The position numbers were made by a program, and so were the translations under genes. A DNA stretch of 36,396 nucleotides from Campylobacterales bacterium. GTDB lineage: Bacteria > Campylobacterota > Campylobacteria > Campylobacterales > QNZT01. Every line of letters starts with the position of its first letter. Position 1 is the stretch's first letter. Location of the stretch: NCBI GenBank assembly GCA_016744895.1, contig JADGDK010000016.1, forward strand, positions 1 through 36,396. Reading direction: 5' to 3'. Positions 18,501 to 27,275 of the stretch are shown here, piece by piece. The notes beneath the pieces are model-generated. The model saw nothing but the letters and a program-made list of their open reading frames with translations. It had not been told where the DNA came from and searched no databases.

Positions 18501-19415
18501 ATGAGCCAAAAATCAAGCCTATATCGAACCATCGAAATCCTTAAAATGCTCAATAGCGGTAAAAAGTTATGTGTCTCAAATCTTGCGATGGTTTATGAAG
18601 TGAGTAATAGAACGATTAGACGCGATTTTGAGCTTATTCGCGAGAGTTTTGGTGACTTTATGCGTAAAGATGGTGAGTGTTATAAAGCTTATAAAAAGGT
18701 GCTTTTGGAAGATCTTTTGATGGGGTCGGACTTGATGACACTAGCCAATATCATCAATCTTTTTGGACAGGCTTCGATGGAAGAGAGTATCGATGAGCAA
18801 ACCAAAGATCTTGTGAAAAAATCTCTACGTGTCTATGACTTTAAGACCCGACCTTTTGAACATGTAGAAAATAGAGAGATTGTCAAAAAGCTTGAATATG
18901 CGATCAAGTTTAACAAAGAGATTCGCATTGAATATCAGATATCACGTGGAAGTACAAAGAGGTGGTTTCAGCCTTATAAGATACTCTTTATCAATGAAAA
19001 CTTTTATCTTGCGGGTGAAAATATCTCAAAAAAGAATTTTGAGTTTTTGCGAACTGCACTCATCTTAGATATCGAAGAGAGTAAGAAAACATTTTATCAA
19101 AAGACTGATATGATCGACTTTATCCAAACAATCCAAACCCCTTGGGCCTCTTTTGGTAAAGAGGAGATCACTGTAAGACTTAGGATGGATAGTAAGATAC
19201 GAAAGTACTTTTTTATGAAAAAATACCTGCCAAGTCAAAAGGTGATTCAAACTTTTGAAGATGGAGATATCGAGGTAGAGTATGTGGTGAGTAACCTCAG
19301 AGAGGTCGAAGAATTGGTGATCAAATGGCTTCCACATATCAAGATCATTGCACCTAAAAATCTAAAGCGAATGATTAAGAAGGTGATAGGAAAGAAGTTG
19401 GCGGGGTTGAGGTAA
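18501..19415 (+). CDS. HTH + WYL-domain transcriptional regulator
   Basis: N-terminal HTH (LYRTIEILKMLN..VSNLAMVYEVSNRTIRRDFELI); WYL-like domain IRIEYQISRGSTKRWFQPYKILFINENFYLAG; start set at the ATG after a GAAGGTG RBS. Confidence 0.65.
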   Translation: MSQKSSLYRTIEILKMLNSGKKLCVSNLAMVYEVSNRTIRRDFELIRESFGDFMRKDGECYKAYKKVLLEDLLMGSDLMTLANIINLFGQASMEESIDEQTKDLVKKSLRVYDFKTRPFEHVENREIVKKLEYAIKFNKEIRIEYQISRGSTKRWFQPYKILFINENFYLAGENISKKNFEFLRTALILDIEESKKTFYQKTDMIDFIQTIQTPWASFGKEEITVRLRMDSKIRKYFFMKKYLPSQKVIQTFEDGDIEVEYVVSNLREVEELVIKWLPHIKIIAPKNLKRMIKKVIGKKLAGLR

Positions 19416-19420
19416 ATACT

Positions 19421-19756
19421 ATGCATACAAAACAAAATCTACTCTTTATCTGTAGTCGAAACAAATGGCGCAGTCCCACAGCAGAGACCATCTATAAAAA
19501 AGAGCAGAGCTTTAACGTCCGATCTGCTGGTACAAGTCCCAAAGCAAGAAGAACTGTCAATCATAAAGATATCCACTGGGCAGATATCATCTTTGTGATG
19601 GAAAAAAAACATAAAAGCAGACTCAAAACACAATTTTTAGAGATGTTAAACGGTAAAAAGATATATGTTTTAGATATTCCTGATGATTATCTCTATATGG
19701 ATGAATCGTTAATCTATGAGTTAGAGAGCAAGGTGGATATGCATCTTGATGTCTAA
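19421..19756 (+). CDS. small LMW-PTP-like phosphatase (CX5R P-loop)
   Basis: LFICSRNKWRSPTAE matches the LMW protein-tyrosine-phosphatase/ArsC P-loop C-X5-R-S; 111 aa; DIPDDY near the C-terminus as a possible general-acid region. Confidence 0.55.
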   Translation: MHTKQNLLFICSRNKWRSPTAETIYKKEQSFNVRSAGTSPKARRTVNHKDIHWADIIFVMEKKHKSRLKTQFLEMLNGKKIYVLDIPDDYLYMDESLIYELESKVDMHLDV

Positions 19757-20393
19757 AGAAGCATTACAACAACGTTGGTATCAACTTTTTGCCACACATG
19801 ATCATGTGAAGCTAGAGAATACATTTGATCAGTTATGTACACAATACTCCCAAACGCATCGATACTACCATACACTACAACATGTCACGTCTCTGCTCTC
19901 ACATCTCCAAACAGTCGAACACCTGATCAACGATCACTTTTGTGTTGAGACGGCAATCTGGTTTCATGACATGGTCTATGATCCAAAACGAGATGACAAT
20001 GAAGCACGGAGTGCACAAAGTGCTGTTAGATTTCTAAAGGCTATCGATATTCCCAAAGAGATGATAGAAAAAGTAAAACACCTTATCCTTTTAACCAAGC
20101 ATCCATCCACTCCACAAACAAAAGATGAAAAGTATCTCATCGATATGGATCTCTCTATCTTAGGTGTAGATACCTCTTATTATGCTCAGTATGAAAAGTG
20201 GATCAGAAAAGAGTATCAACATGTGAGTGATATAGACTATAAAAAAGGACGAAAAAAAGTGTTAGACTCTTTTCTAAGTATGGCTCAAATCTACCAAACA
20301 GAGTACTTTTATGAAAGGTTAGAGGGGAAAGCTAGGGAGAATGTTTCTAACGCGATGATTTCTTTATGCTTAGATATTTCAAGTGTTAGTTAG
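19749..20393 (+). CDS. HD-superfamily metal-dependent phosphohydrolase-like protein
   Basis: YYHTLQHV ... WFHDMVYDP pattern (H..H ... HD) typical of HD-domain proteins; start overlaps the stop of the preceding phosphatase gene. Confidence 0.5.
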   Translation: MSKEALQQRWYQLFATHDHVKLENTFDQLCTQYSQTHRYYHTLQHVTSLLSHLQTVEHLINDHFCVETAIWFHDMVYDPKRDDNEARSAQSAVRFLKAIDIPKEMIEKVKHLILLTKHPSTPQTKDEKYLIDMDLSILGVDTSYYAQYEKWIRKEYQHVSDIDYKKGRKKVLDSFLSMAQIYQTEYFYERLEGKARENVSNAMISLCLDISSVS

Positions 20394-20495
20394 TAGCTTG
20401 TTTTTGTTGTAGGTATTGATATAATGTTTGTTGAATAAGTAGTTATATTGTAGAAATTAAACCTTTAGATTTCCATAGAATACCTTAAGTTGACT

Positions 20496-20536
20496 AACTA
20501 TTATTTTTTTAGTTATAATAGTTAAAAATAATAGTT
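20496..20536. promoter_or_regulatory. 13-bp inverted repeat flanking a TATAAT box (candidate operator/promoter of the Fic islet)
   Basis: AACTATTATTTTT-N15-AAAAATAATAGTT with TATAAT in the spacer, 12 nt upstream of the small ORF start. Confidence 0.4.
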
Positions 20537-20547
20537 AGGACTTAAAT

Positions 20548-20802
20548 ATGGCAAAAACCTTTTTTCCAAATGGCAAACAAACAGTATATGTAGATGCTAG
20601 TGATCCACATCCTAAAAACACCCAATATAAAATTTCAATTGGATTAGAATATTGGGGTGAATCAAATCATGAAGTTGTCAAGATACAAATGGTTTACAAT
20701 GGAAAAATTTCTGGGAGGAAAAGCCCTTCTTATCCGATAGATACAGATGATTTTCAGAGAGTGATGACTAAGGTCAATGAACTCATTTCAAATAGAAACT
20801 AG
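20548..20802 (+). CDS. small hypothetical protein (84 aa) upstream of fic
   Basis: ORF whose stop lies 11 nt before the Fic gene start; very AT-rich; no recognisable motif. Confidence 0.4.
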   Translation: MAKTFFPNGKQTVYVDASDPHPKNTQYKISIGLEYWGESNHEVVKIQMVYNGKISGRKSPSYPIDTDDFQRVMTKVNELISNRN

Positions 20803-20813
20803 TAGGAGTTAAC

Positions 20814-22085
20814 ATGACTAAAAAAATCTATCCAACTTCATCTAAAGAATGGATGAAGTATTTAACTGTTGATAAATACTATACTCCAAGAGAAATTGAA
20901 TATAGAAAAAAACTCATTATAGAAAGTGGTTGTGATTATGATGAAGTTTATAAAAAAATACTCAAATATAGAAATAATAAAAAAGAATTAATCAACTTAG
21001 AAGGCGAAAGCTTTACATTTGTTGAAACTCATCTTATGAAAGAAAATGTTGATAGAATCAAGAATTTTTGGAGAAGTAGTTCTTACTCTTTTAAAGAAAG
21101 TTATAAAAAAGAATTGATTTTTGACACCTTGCTTTCTGAAGCATTTCATTCATCATCAATTGAGGGTGCTCATAGTACAAAAAAAAGAACAGAAGAGATC
21201 ATTAAAAAACAATTAACACCTGAAGACAAATCAGAAAGAATGATTATTAATAATTATAGAGCTTTACAATATATTTTTGACCATCAAGAACAAAAACTAG
21301 ATGATGAATTTGTTTTATCTCTACATAAAATGATATCAGAAGATACTCTTGATGAAAAAGAAGATGAAGGAGTTTATAGGAATGATGGTGTTGAAATAAC
21401 TACAGCTACACAAAAAGTTGTTTTTCGACCAACTTCTGATATTAATAAGATGAAAAATATGCTTGATAAGCTTTATTCATTTACTAATTCAGATAATGAT
21501 GATTGTGAAATAGAATATATTGAATCCATATATAAAGTTATCGCATTTCATTTTTTATATGGATATATACATCCTCATTTTGATGGGAATGGAAGAACAT
21601 TAAGAGTTTTATTTACTCACTTACTTGGTCAAAATGGTTTCGATATGTTTTATTATATATCTTTATCTGAAATCATTCACTTAAGTGAGAAGAGAAAAAA
21701 AGAATATGAAAAAGCATTCATCGATGTAGAAGAGAATGAACTAGATTTGACTTATTTTATCTACTATATTCAAGATATTATGATTGATGCATTACAGGTA
21801 CTAGATGATAGAGTATTTCTCTATTTTAGAGAAAGTATTGTATTTGATAAAGTTGAGGAACAGGCTGTTAAATTAACTAAGCGTCAAGAAAATATTCTGA
21901 AATTAATTGCAAGAAATAAAAGAGCATTTGCTATGACTTCTAAAGAAATTTCTGGAAGATTTAAACTATCATCTCAAACAATTTTAAAAGATATAAGATT
22001 TTTAATTGACTTTAAATTATTAAGAAAAAAACAAACAGGTTTAAAAATTTATTACGAATTAGATATTAATGTTACAAAAAGCTAA
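20814..22085 (+). CDS. fic: Fic/Doc family protein, class II (internal inhibitory motif), C-terminal wHTH
   Basis: Fic motif HPHFDGNGRTLR; upstream inhibitory-helix motif SSSIEG ([ST]xxxE[GN]) in the same polypeptide; C-terminal HTH-like region. Confidence 0.85.
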   Translation: MTKKIYPTSSKEWMKYLTVDKYYTPREIEYRKKLIIESGCDYDEVYKKILKYRNNKKELINLEGESFTFVETHLMKENVDRIKNFWRSSSYSFKESYKKELIFDTLLSEAFHSSSIEGAHSTKKRTEEIIKKQLTPEDKSERMIINNYRALQYIFDHQEQKLDDEFVLSLHKMISEDTLDEKEDEGVYRNDGVEITTATQKVVFRPTSDINKMKNMLDKLYSFTNSDNDDCEIEYIESIYKVIAFHFLYGYIHPHFDGNGRTLRVLFTHLLGQNGFDMFYYISLSEIIHLSEKRKKEYEKAFIDVEENELDLTYFIYYIQDIMIDALQVLDDRVFLYFRESIVFDKVEEQAVKLTKRQENILKLIARNKRAFAMTSKEISGRFKLSSQTILKDIRFLIDFKLLRKKQTGLKIYYELDINVTKS

Positions 22086-22301
22086 AAATATAACAAAACT
22101 ACAATAAATTGAAAATAGAAATTCAACCTTATTCCAAAGATGACGAGGTTGATATTCGAAAAATCAAAATTTAACAAAAAACATATTCCACAACGGACAA
22201 AATACGTCCACTAACTACCCTATACTACCACTGTGCAAAGGCAGTTTTGATACTGCCTGCTTGCATACTTACGCTGTGAGTGATGTATGAGACTTGCACA
22301 A

Positions 22302-22357
22302 GTCAACTGTGAATTGACCCAAATTTTAAATTCGTGGGTTCGAATCCCACCATACTG
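22302..22357 (+). pseudogene. tRNA-His-like remnant (anticodon arm with GTG plus canonical T-arm), not an intact tRNA
   Basis: GTCAA-CTGTGAA-TTGAC anticodon stem-loop (anticodon GTG) and TCGTGGGTTCGAATCCCAC T-arm. A 15-nt AT-rich insertion replaces the variable loop and no complementary 5' acceptor or D-arm is present. Confidence 0.4.
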
Positions 22358-22578
22358 AAAGGTATGTAGCTAAGCGGTAAAGCATAACAAAAGCCCAAGA
22401 GAGCTTATCTCTTTCAAAACAAACGCACCAAAAAACCAGAGCGATGATCTTGTATATCGTGTTAGAAAAAGTATAAAAAGTTGCAACTTCGAGTGTTTAG
22501 AAGTGTGTAAACTGGAGATACTTTGGAAACACATTATCCATCATGCTCCGTTTACGGTGCATCTATAAAGGAGTAGAA

Positions 22579-23685
22579 ATGTTGATAGGAACAGTCAAAG
22601 AAAGTGAAAAAGCGTTACTTTATAAAAATGAAAAGTTAGTTAAAGTATTAGAGAGTGGTAGGTATGTGTTTCCAAACTTTACAGGTGCCTATAGATATGA
22701 AGTGTTTAGTGTAGAGCATTTTGGGATTGATACAAAAAAGAGTGAGTTACTTTATAAAAAGTACCCTGAGTTGATCAAAAAACATTTTGAGGTAGTCGCA
22801 CTTGGTGAAGAGGAGCGTGCTTTTATCTGGATCGATGGAAAGTTTGCTGAGCTTTTAAAAGCTGGAGCGACAAAGCTCTATTTTAAAGAGTATGATGTGA
22901 AAATGGAAAAAGTCAATGTCAAAGAAGAGATGCGTGTTTCCACTAAGTATGTCAAACTTTTGGAGGGGAGTTGGGAGCATATTTTGAGAGTCAATATCAG
23001 TGCACATGAGTGGGCATATCTCTATATTGACAATGTCTTGGATAAAAGGCTTGAGGTAGGTATGCATCTTTTTTATACAGACTTTTTTGATATCAAGTCC
23101 TCTAAGCTTGACAAGCGTGTCAAAGAGATGGAGATCACAGGTCAAGAGTTACTCAGTGCCGATAAAGTCACCCTGAGATGTAATGTGACAATGCACTATA
23201 AGATCAGTGATGCGGTACGTTATATGGAGACTGCTTTTGCCCCACATGAATATCTTTACAAACACATGCAATTTGCAATCAGAGAGCATATCGGTACAAA
23301 AACGGTGGATGAAATATTAGAGCATAAAAACAGCTTGAGTGAGGAGATTTTGGAGCGATTTTTAGTACATTGTGAAAAGATCGGTGTAACAATAGAGTCG
23401 ATGCATATCAAAGATATTATCCTGCCTGGTGAGATGAGAGAGATCTTTAACCATGTCATCGAAGCGAGTAAACGTGCAGAGGCAAATCTCATCAAAAGAC
23501 GAGAGGAGACAGCCGCAACAAGATCATTGTTAAACACAGCCAAGTTGATGAAAGACAACCCTACTTTGGCAAGGCTCAAAGAGCTTGAAGCGTTGGAAAA
23601 GATCACCCAAAGCGTAGAGACGCTCAATGTCTATGGTGGACTTGATGGGGTGATGCATAATCTTGTAGATCTTCGTGAAAAATAA
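22579..23685 (+). CDS. SPFH/band-7 (stomatin/prohibitin-like) domain protein
   Basis: SPFH-type core and coiled-coil C-terminus (GEMREIFNHVIEASKRAEANLIKRREETAATRSLLNTAKL); start set at the ATG after an AAGGAG RBS. Confidence 0.7.
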   Translation: MLIGTVKESEKALLYKNEKLVKVLESGRYVFPNFTGAYRYEVFSVEHFGIDTKKSELLYKKYPELIKKHFEVVALGEEERAFIWIDGKFAELLKAGATKLYFKEYDVKMEKVNVKEEMRVSTKYVKLLEGSWEHILRVNISAHEWAYLYIDNVLDKRLEVGMHLFYTDFFDIKSSKLDKRVKEMEITGQELLSADKVTLRCNVTMHYKISDAVRYMETAFAPHEYLYKHMQFAIREHIGTKTVDEILEHKNSLSEEILERFLVHCEKIGVTIESMHIKDIILPGEMREIFNHVIEASKRAEANLIKRREETAATRSLLNTAKLMKDNPTLARLKELEALEKITQSVETLNVYGGLDGVMHNLVDLREK

Positions 23686-23707
23686 GAAAAAAGGTTTGGG
23701 TATAAAT

Positions 23708-24394
23708 CTACTGTGTGATGATTTTATACCCTATACCGCTAACATTGGTGATGATGTCACTCCCCAATGTTTTTTTGAGTCTAAAGATAAGTGTACGAAT
23801 ACTACTTGTCTCTCTGTTTTTTCCATACACATGAGTCGTTAAATCATCAAGTGAAACGGTGCTATTTTTATGCTCTACTAAATATGCGAGTAGTTTGAGT
23901 GTTTGACGTCCGAGATTTACCTCTTTATCTTGATAGTAAAGTCTATTTTGGGTGGTATCAAATGTATAGCTATCTTGTAATGAAATCATCTCTTTTTTAC
24001 TTGTTTGGGTTTGCATAGGCTTAGTATATCCGAGGGCGAGTTGTAACGCTGCTTGAATCTGCTTCTCTTTATAGGGTTTGATAAGATAGTTTACTGCACC
24101 TGCATCAAGTGCATACGCAATCATCTCATCATCAGAATACGCTGTTAAAAAGATGATCTTAGTTTCGATGCTATTTGAGATTTGTAGGGCAGCCTCTGCT
24201 CCGCTGATATGGTCTTTGAGCATGATATCCATAAAGATAACATCAGGCTTGAGTTTGATCGATTCCGAAATTGCTTTTTCACCCGTGTCACAGATACCTA
24301 CTACTTCAAAGCCAGCTTGTAAAAGTACTTTTTTAAGAAACTCAGCAGGGATACGTTCATCTTCGACGATCAAGATCTTTGCATTGCTATTCAT
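23708..24394 (-). CDS. two-component response regulator (receiver + OmpR-type winged helix)
   Basis: Receiver motifs ILIVEDE, DVIFMDIMLKD, ...LTA; C-terminal OmpR-like wHTH. Confidence 0.85.
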   Translation of the reverse strand: MNSNAKILIVEDERIPAEFLKKVLLQAGFEVVGICDTGEKAISESIKLKPDVIFMDIMLKDHISGAEAALQISNSIETKIIFLTAYSDDEMIAYALDAGAVNYLIKPYKEKQIQAALQLALGYTKPMQTQTSKKEMISLQDSYTFDTTQNRLYYQDKEVNLGRQTLKLLAYLVEHKNSTVSLDDLTTHVYGKNRETSSIRTLIFRLKKTLGSDIITNVSGIGYKIITQ

Positions 24395-25263
24395 CGTGGA
24401 ACCTCTATCTTATAGACAAGACCGTTATCCGTAGATAAGGTTATGATACCATCCATCTGTTCTACCATCATGTTAATCAAGTCTGTACCTAGACTTTGCT
24501 CTTGTTCTAGGTTTTTAGGATTGACTTTTTCAGTAGAACTATCTTCATAGTGATAGAGATAAGCTGTATCTGTTTGGGTAAAGGTGATTTTTATCTCATT
24601 ATCAGTGTTGGTTAATGCATATTTGATTGAGTTGATGATCAGTTCATTGGTGATGATACCAAACTTTAACATCTGCTCAAATGGCAGGACTATGTGATCA
24701 CTTTGGATAGTAATCCTCGCATCGCTATCGTACATCTCAAAGATAGTAGAAGAGAGCTTATCCATGTAGTCGTAAAAATCGATCTTTTCAAAGTCATTGT
24801 GTTTGTAAAGGATCTCATGAACGATTGCTATCGTATCGATTCGGAGTCTATTGGCGATGATCAAACGTTTGGTTTCAGGGTTTTTCTCATCCAACTGTTG
24901 AAGTCCAAGCAGTGAGGAAATAATGTTTAAATTGTTTTTAACACGGTGGTGAATCTCTTTGAGTAAGAGCTCTTTTTGTCTGTTGGAGTCGGTTAGTTGG
25001 CGATAGGAATTTTCTACCGCTAGATGATAGACCACACCAAAAAGTATCACGATAAGCGATGCCATAATGATCGCAGCAAGAATAGCTTTGTCATGTAAAA
25101 GCGTATTGTCTGGGTAGTGATGATAACCGTAAGTGTATATACCAAGCACCACTGATTGATGTATCATCGTGATAATCAGCGAGTGTTTGAGTGAAAAGAG
25201 TAGAAAATACCCCAACGGCACGATGATATGAAAAACTGAGATATTAAAACCATTTGAAATCAA
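24391..25263 (-). CDS. sensor histidine kinase, HisKA_2-type phosphoacceptor
   Basis: EIHHRVKNNLNIISSLLGLQ H-box typical of HisKA_2 kinases; N-terminal TM helices; TTG start overlaps the upstream ORF stop and the response-regulator start. Confidence 0.7.
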   Translation of the reverse strand: MISNGFNISVFHIIVPLGYFLLFSLKHSLIITMIHQSVVLGIYTYGYHHYPDNTLLHDKAILAAIIMASLIVILFGVVYHLAVENSYRQLTDSNRQKELLLKEIHHRVKNNLNIISSLLGLQQLDEKNPETKRLIIANRLRIDTIAIVHEILYKHNDFEKIDFYDYMDKLSSTIFEMYDSDARITIQSDHIVLPFEQMLKFGIITNELIINSIKYALTNTDNEIKITFTQTDTAYLYHYEDSSTEKVNPKNLEQEQSLGTDLINMMVEQMDGIITLSTDNGLVYKIEVPR

Positions 25264-25556
25264 TAGCGCATAAGTACGATAGTGTAAATAGCTACAGTGG
25301 TATTTTTCGTAGTAAGGTAATATGAAAGACTCAAAAGTGTCACGATAATAAAAAAGAGCTCGATATAAGCATCCGTATAGTTTTGAATCTGGTAGTCGAT
25401 AACAGCCGCAAGTGTCATGACAAAGAGGTAACTTCCAAAAAACCCATGTAAAAAGATCTCTCTTTTATCACTACCATACATAAACTGTTTGAAGAAATCA
25501 ATCATTATCATAAAAATATTATACATAAAACTTAATTTTAATACGCAATGAAACAT
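25260..25556 (-). CDS. small polytopic membrane ORF immediately upstream of the kinase (possible detached/frameshifted sensor N-terminus)
   Basis: 98-aa hydrophobic product; its stop overlaps the kinase TTG start (ATTGA). Confidence 0.4.
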   Translation of the reverse strand: MFHCVLKLSFMYNIFMIMIDFFKQFMYGSDKREIFLHGFFGSYLFVMTLAAVIDYQIQNYTDAYIELFFIIVTLLSLSYYLTTKNTTVAIYTIVLMRY

Positions 25557-25609
25557 TCAGGGAACAATCACATGTGATAATGCAAAGCAAAATATTTAAA
25601 GGAGTGATC

Positions 25610-27202
25610 ATGAATAAAAAGGGCTTGATATATATAACTACTACTGCAATATTGCTTGGATTTTTGGGAGGATGTGGAGGAAGCTCCTCTCCTAAAGTCG
25701 TAACCCCTGAGACACCAGAGGTAAACTACAAAAGGTATATGCTCTATACACAAACAGATCCAGCAGACACAGAGTCAAATCTCTATGTATATGATCCTGA
25801 AACCAATGCAACTGCTTTAACAGACAGACTCAAAGATACCAATATGCGAAAAACCAGTGCTATGGTACCGATCTTGGATGCAAGCGGTGAAAATGTAACA
25901 GATATGGTGAGAAAGTACCATATCTATACCAACCATTCACACAAGCTCTATAAGATCCATCTACAGGCATCTGAGCTAGCCTTGGTGACACCTATGCGTA
26001 TCTCGTCCCAACAAGATGAAGAGATCAATGCGCTTGAACTTTTCTTGGATGGTGCTGATATCAACAAGAGTTGGATCAGTTATATAGAGACAGATACGCG
26101 AAAACTCAAAGCAGTACAGTTAGGCTATGGTGATGCTGACGTACCAAAAACACTACCTGATGACTTTGATCCACTTATAGCGATACATGATGCACAAAGT
26201 GGTGCGATCAAAGGGATGTTTTTTGAAGATGACTATAGTTTTGATACCTCAAGACTACAACAGTGTGATACAAATCTGGAAAATTGTAGTGTAAAACTCG
26301 ATGGTTTTCGCAAAATCGAAACGCTATATCTACCCTCTAAAGGTATCCTCTTTTATAGTGAAAATCAAGGCACTGGTGATGTCAGTATCCATCTTTATCA
26401 GTCTGAAACAGATAGCTTAGAACTGTTACAGACGATACTGGCAGAAGATCTAGGGAAAACAACACTAGAGAAGATGACCTATAAAAACGGCGCACTCTTT
26501 TTGGTGTTTGAAAATAACATTGTTGCTGTGGGCGTGACACCCTATATCTCAATCTACCGTTATAATTTTGCTACCAAAGCTTTGATAAGTGCCAAAGTCA
26601 ATAATCCAGAAAAAAATCTTTTTCAAATGAGAGTGAGTGATGATAAAGTACTGTTAAACGTTCAAAATGAAGGAAAAACATTTGCGGATAATGACTTTAT
26701 CATAATGAAATCACTCAACCAATCTGACCTCACCGATGAAAAGATAGTCACTATGATAAGTGCTTCAAGTATCGTGACAACTTCGGGAGACTGGATCTAT
26801 CACTTTGGTATGACAAGCACTACTACCAACCTTGGCTTTTTACATGATGATGGAAGTGGAGAAACAATCATGAGTGATCTACATCTAGTAGGAGGAAAAT
26901 ATACGACACTTTTTCATAGAGATGCTTTTGCCAGTGATCCGTCGATGGATACGCTTTACTATGTGACTCATGAGGACAAGAAATTTTATGCTATGCAAGC
27001 ATCAGACCCTACACAGGTAGTCTCTTTTGGTGAAGTACCTGATTTTTCAATATTTCAAGGGTTTGGTATGGGTAGATATAGCCTCTATGAGCTTATGAAT
27101 GCTAGCAATATAGGTCATATCTATCTGATGGATACCCAAGCTGCAAATAAACTGGTACGTATCACAAACACCGAGGGGGTAGTGCATCGTTTGTGGCAGT
27201 AA
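25610..27202 (+). CDS. lipoprotein, function unknown
   Basis: Lipobox LLGFLGGC after an N-terminal hydrophobic region; AAAGGAG RBS before the ATG at 25610; ~530 aa. Confidence 0.7.
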   Translation: MNKKGLIYITTTAILLGFLGGCGGSSSPKVVTPETPEVNYKRYMLYTQTDPADTESNLYVYDPETNATALTDRLKDTNMRKTSAMVPILDASGENVTDMVRKYHIYTNHSHKLYKIHLQASELALVTPMRISSQQDEEINALELFLDGADINKSWISYIETDTRKLKAVQLGYGDADVPKTLPDDFDPLIAIHDAQSGAIKGMFFEDDYSFDTSRLQQCDTNLENCSVKLDGFRKIETLYLPSKGILFYSENQGTGDVSIHLYQSETDSLELLQTILAEDLGKTTLEKMTYKNGALFLVFENNIVAVGVTPYISIYRYNFATKALISAKVNNPEKNLFQMRVSDDKVLLNVQNEGKTFADNDFIIMKSLNQSDLTDEKIVTMISASSIVTTSGDWIYHFGMTSTTTNLGFLHDDGSGETIMSDLHLVGGKYTTLFHRDAFASDPSMDTLYYVTHEDKKFYAMQASDPTQVVSFGEVPDFSIFQGFGMGRYSLYELMNASNIGHIYLMDTQAANKLVRITNTEGVVHRLWQ

Positions 27203-27275
27203 GATAGTGTACATTTATAAGTCTAAGTTGTAATTATCGCTATAATATGATGATTATACTAAAACGAGGGCTAAC

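Noticed and set aside
4969-19633. Other short antisense ORFs in the six-frame track (for example 4969-5172, 6169-6441, 8684-9025, 10191-10391, 13234-13431, 14085-14321, 14796-15014, 15443-15694, 16257-16551, 17801-18058, 18880-19068, 19065-19435, 19439-19633)
   Set aside because: Each is fully embedded in, or antisense to, a confidently identified gene and shows no recognisable domain. Typical AT-rich-genome shadow ORFs.
22150-22420. Possibility that the tRNA-like region is an intact tRNA gene or a tmRNA
   Set aside because: No 5' acceptor or D-arm can be paired with the 3' side, the variable region carries a 15-nt insertion, and there is no CCA-proximal acceptor complementarity or tmRNA tag-reading frame. 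Called a remnant only.
22855-25753. Antisense ORFs 22855-23145, 23256-23627, 24153-24434, 24694-24915 and 25568-25753
   Set aside because: Antisense to or overlapping the SPFH, response-regulator and kinase genes and the lipoprotein leader; no motifs.
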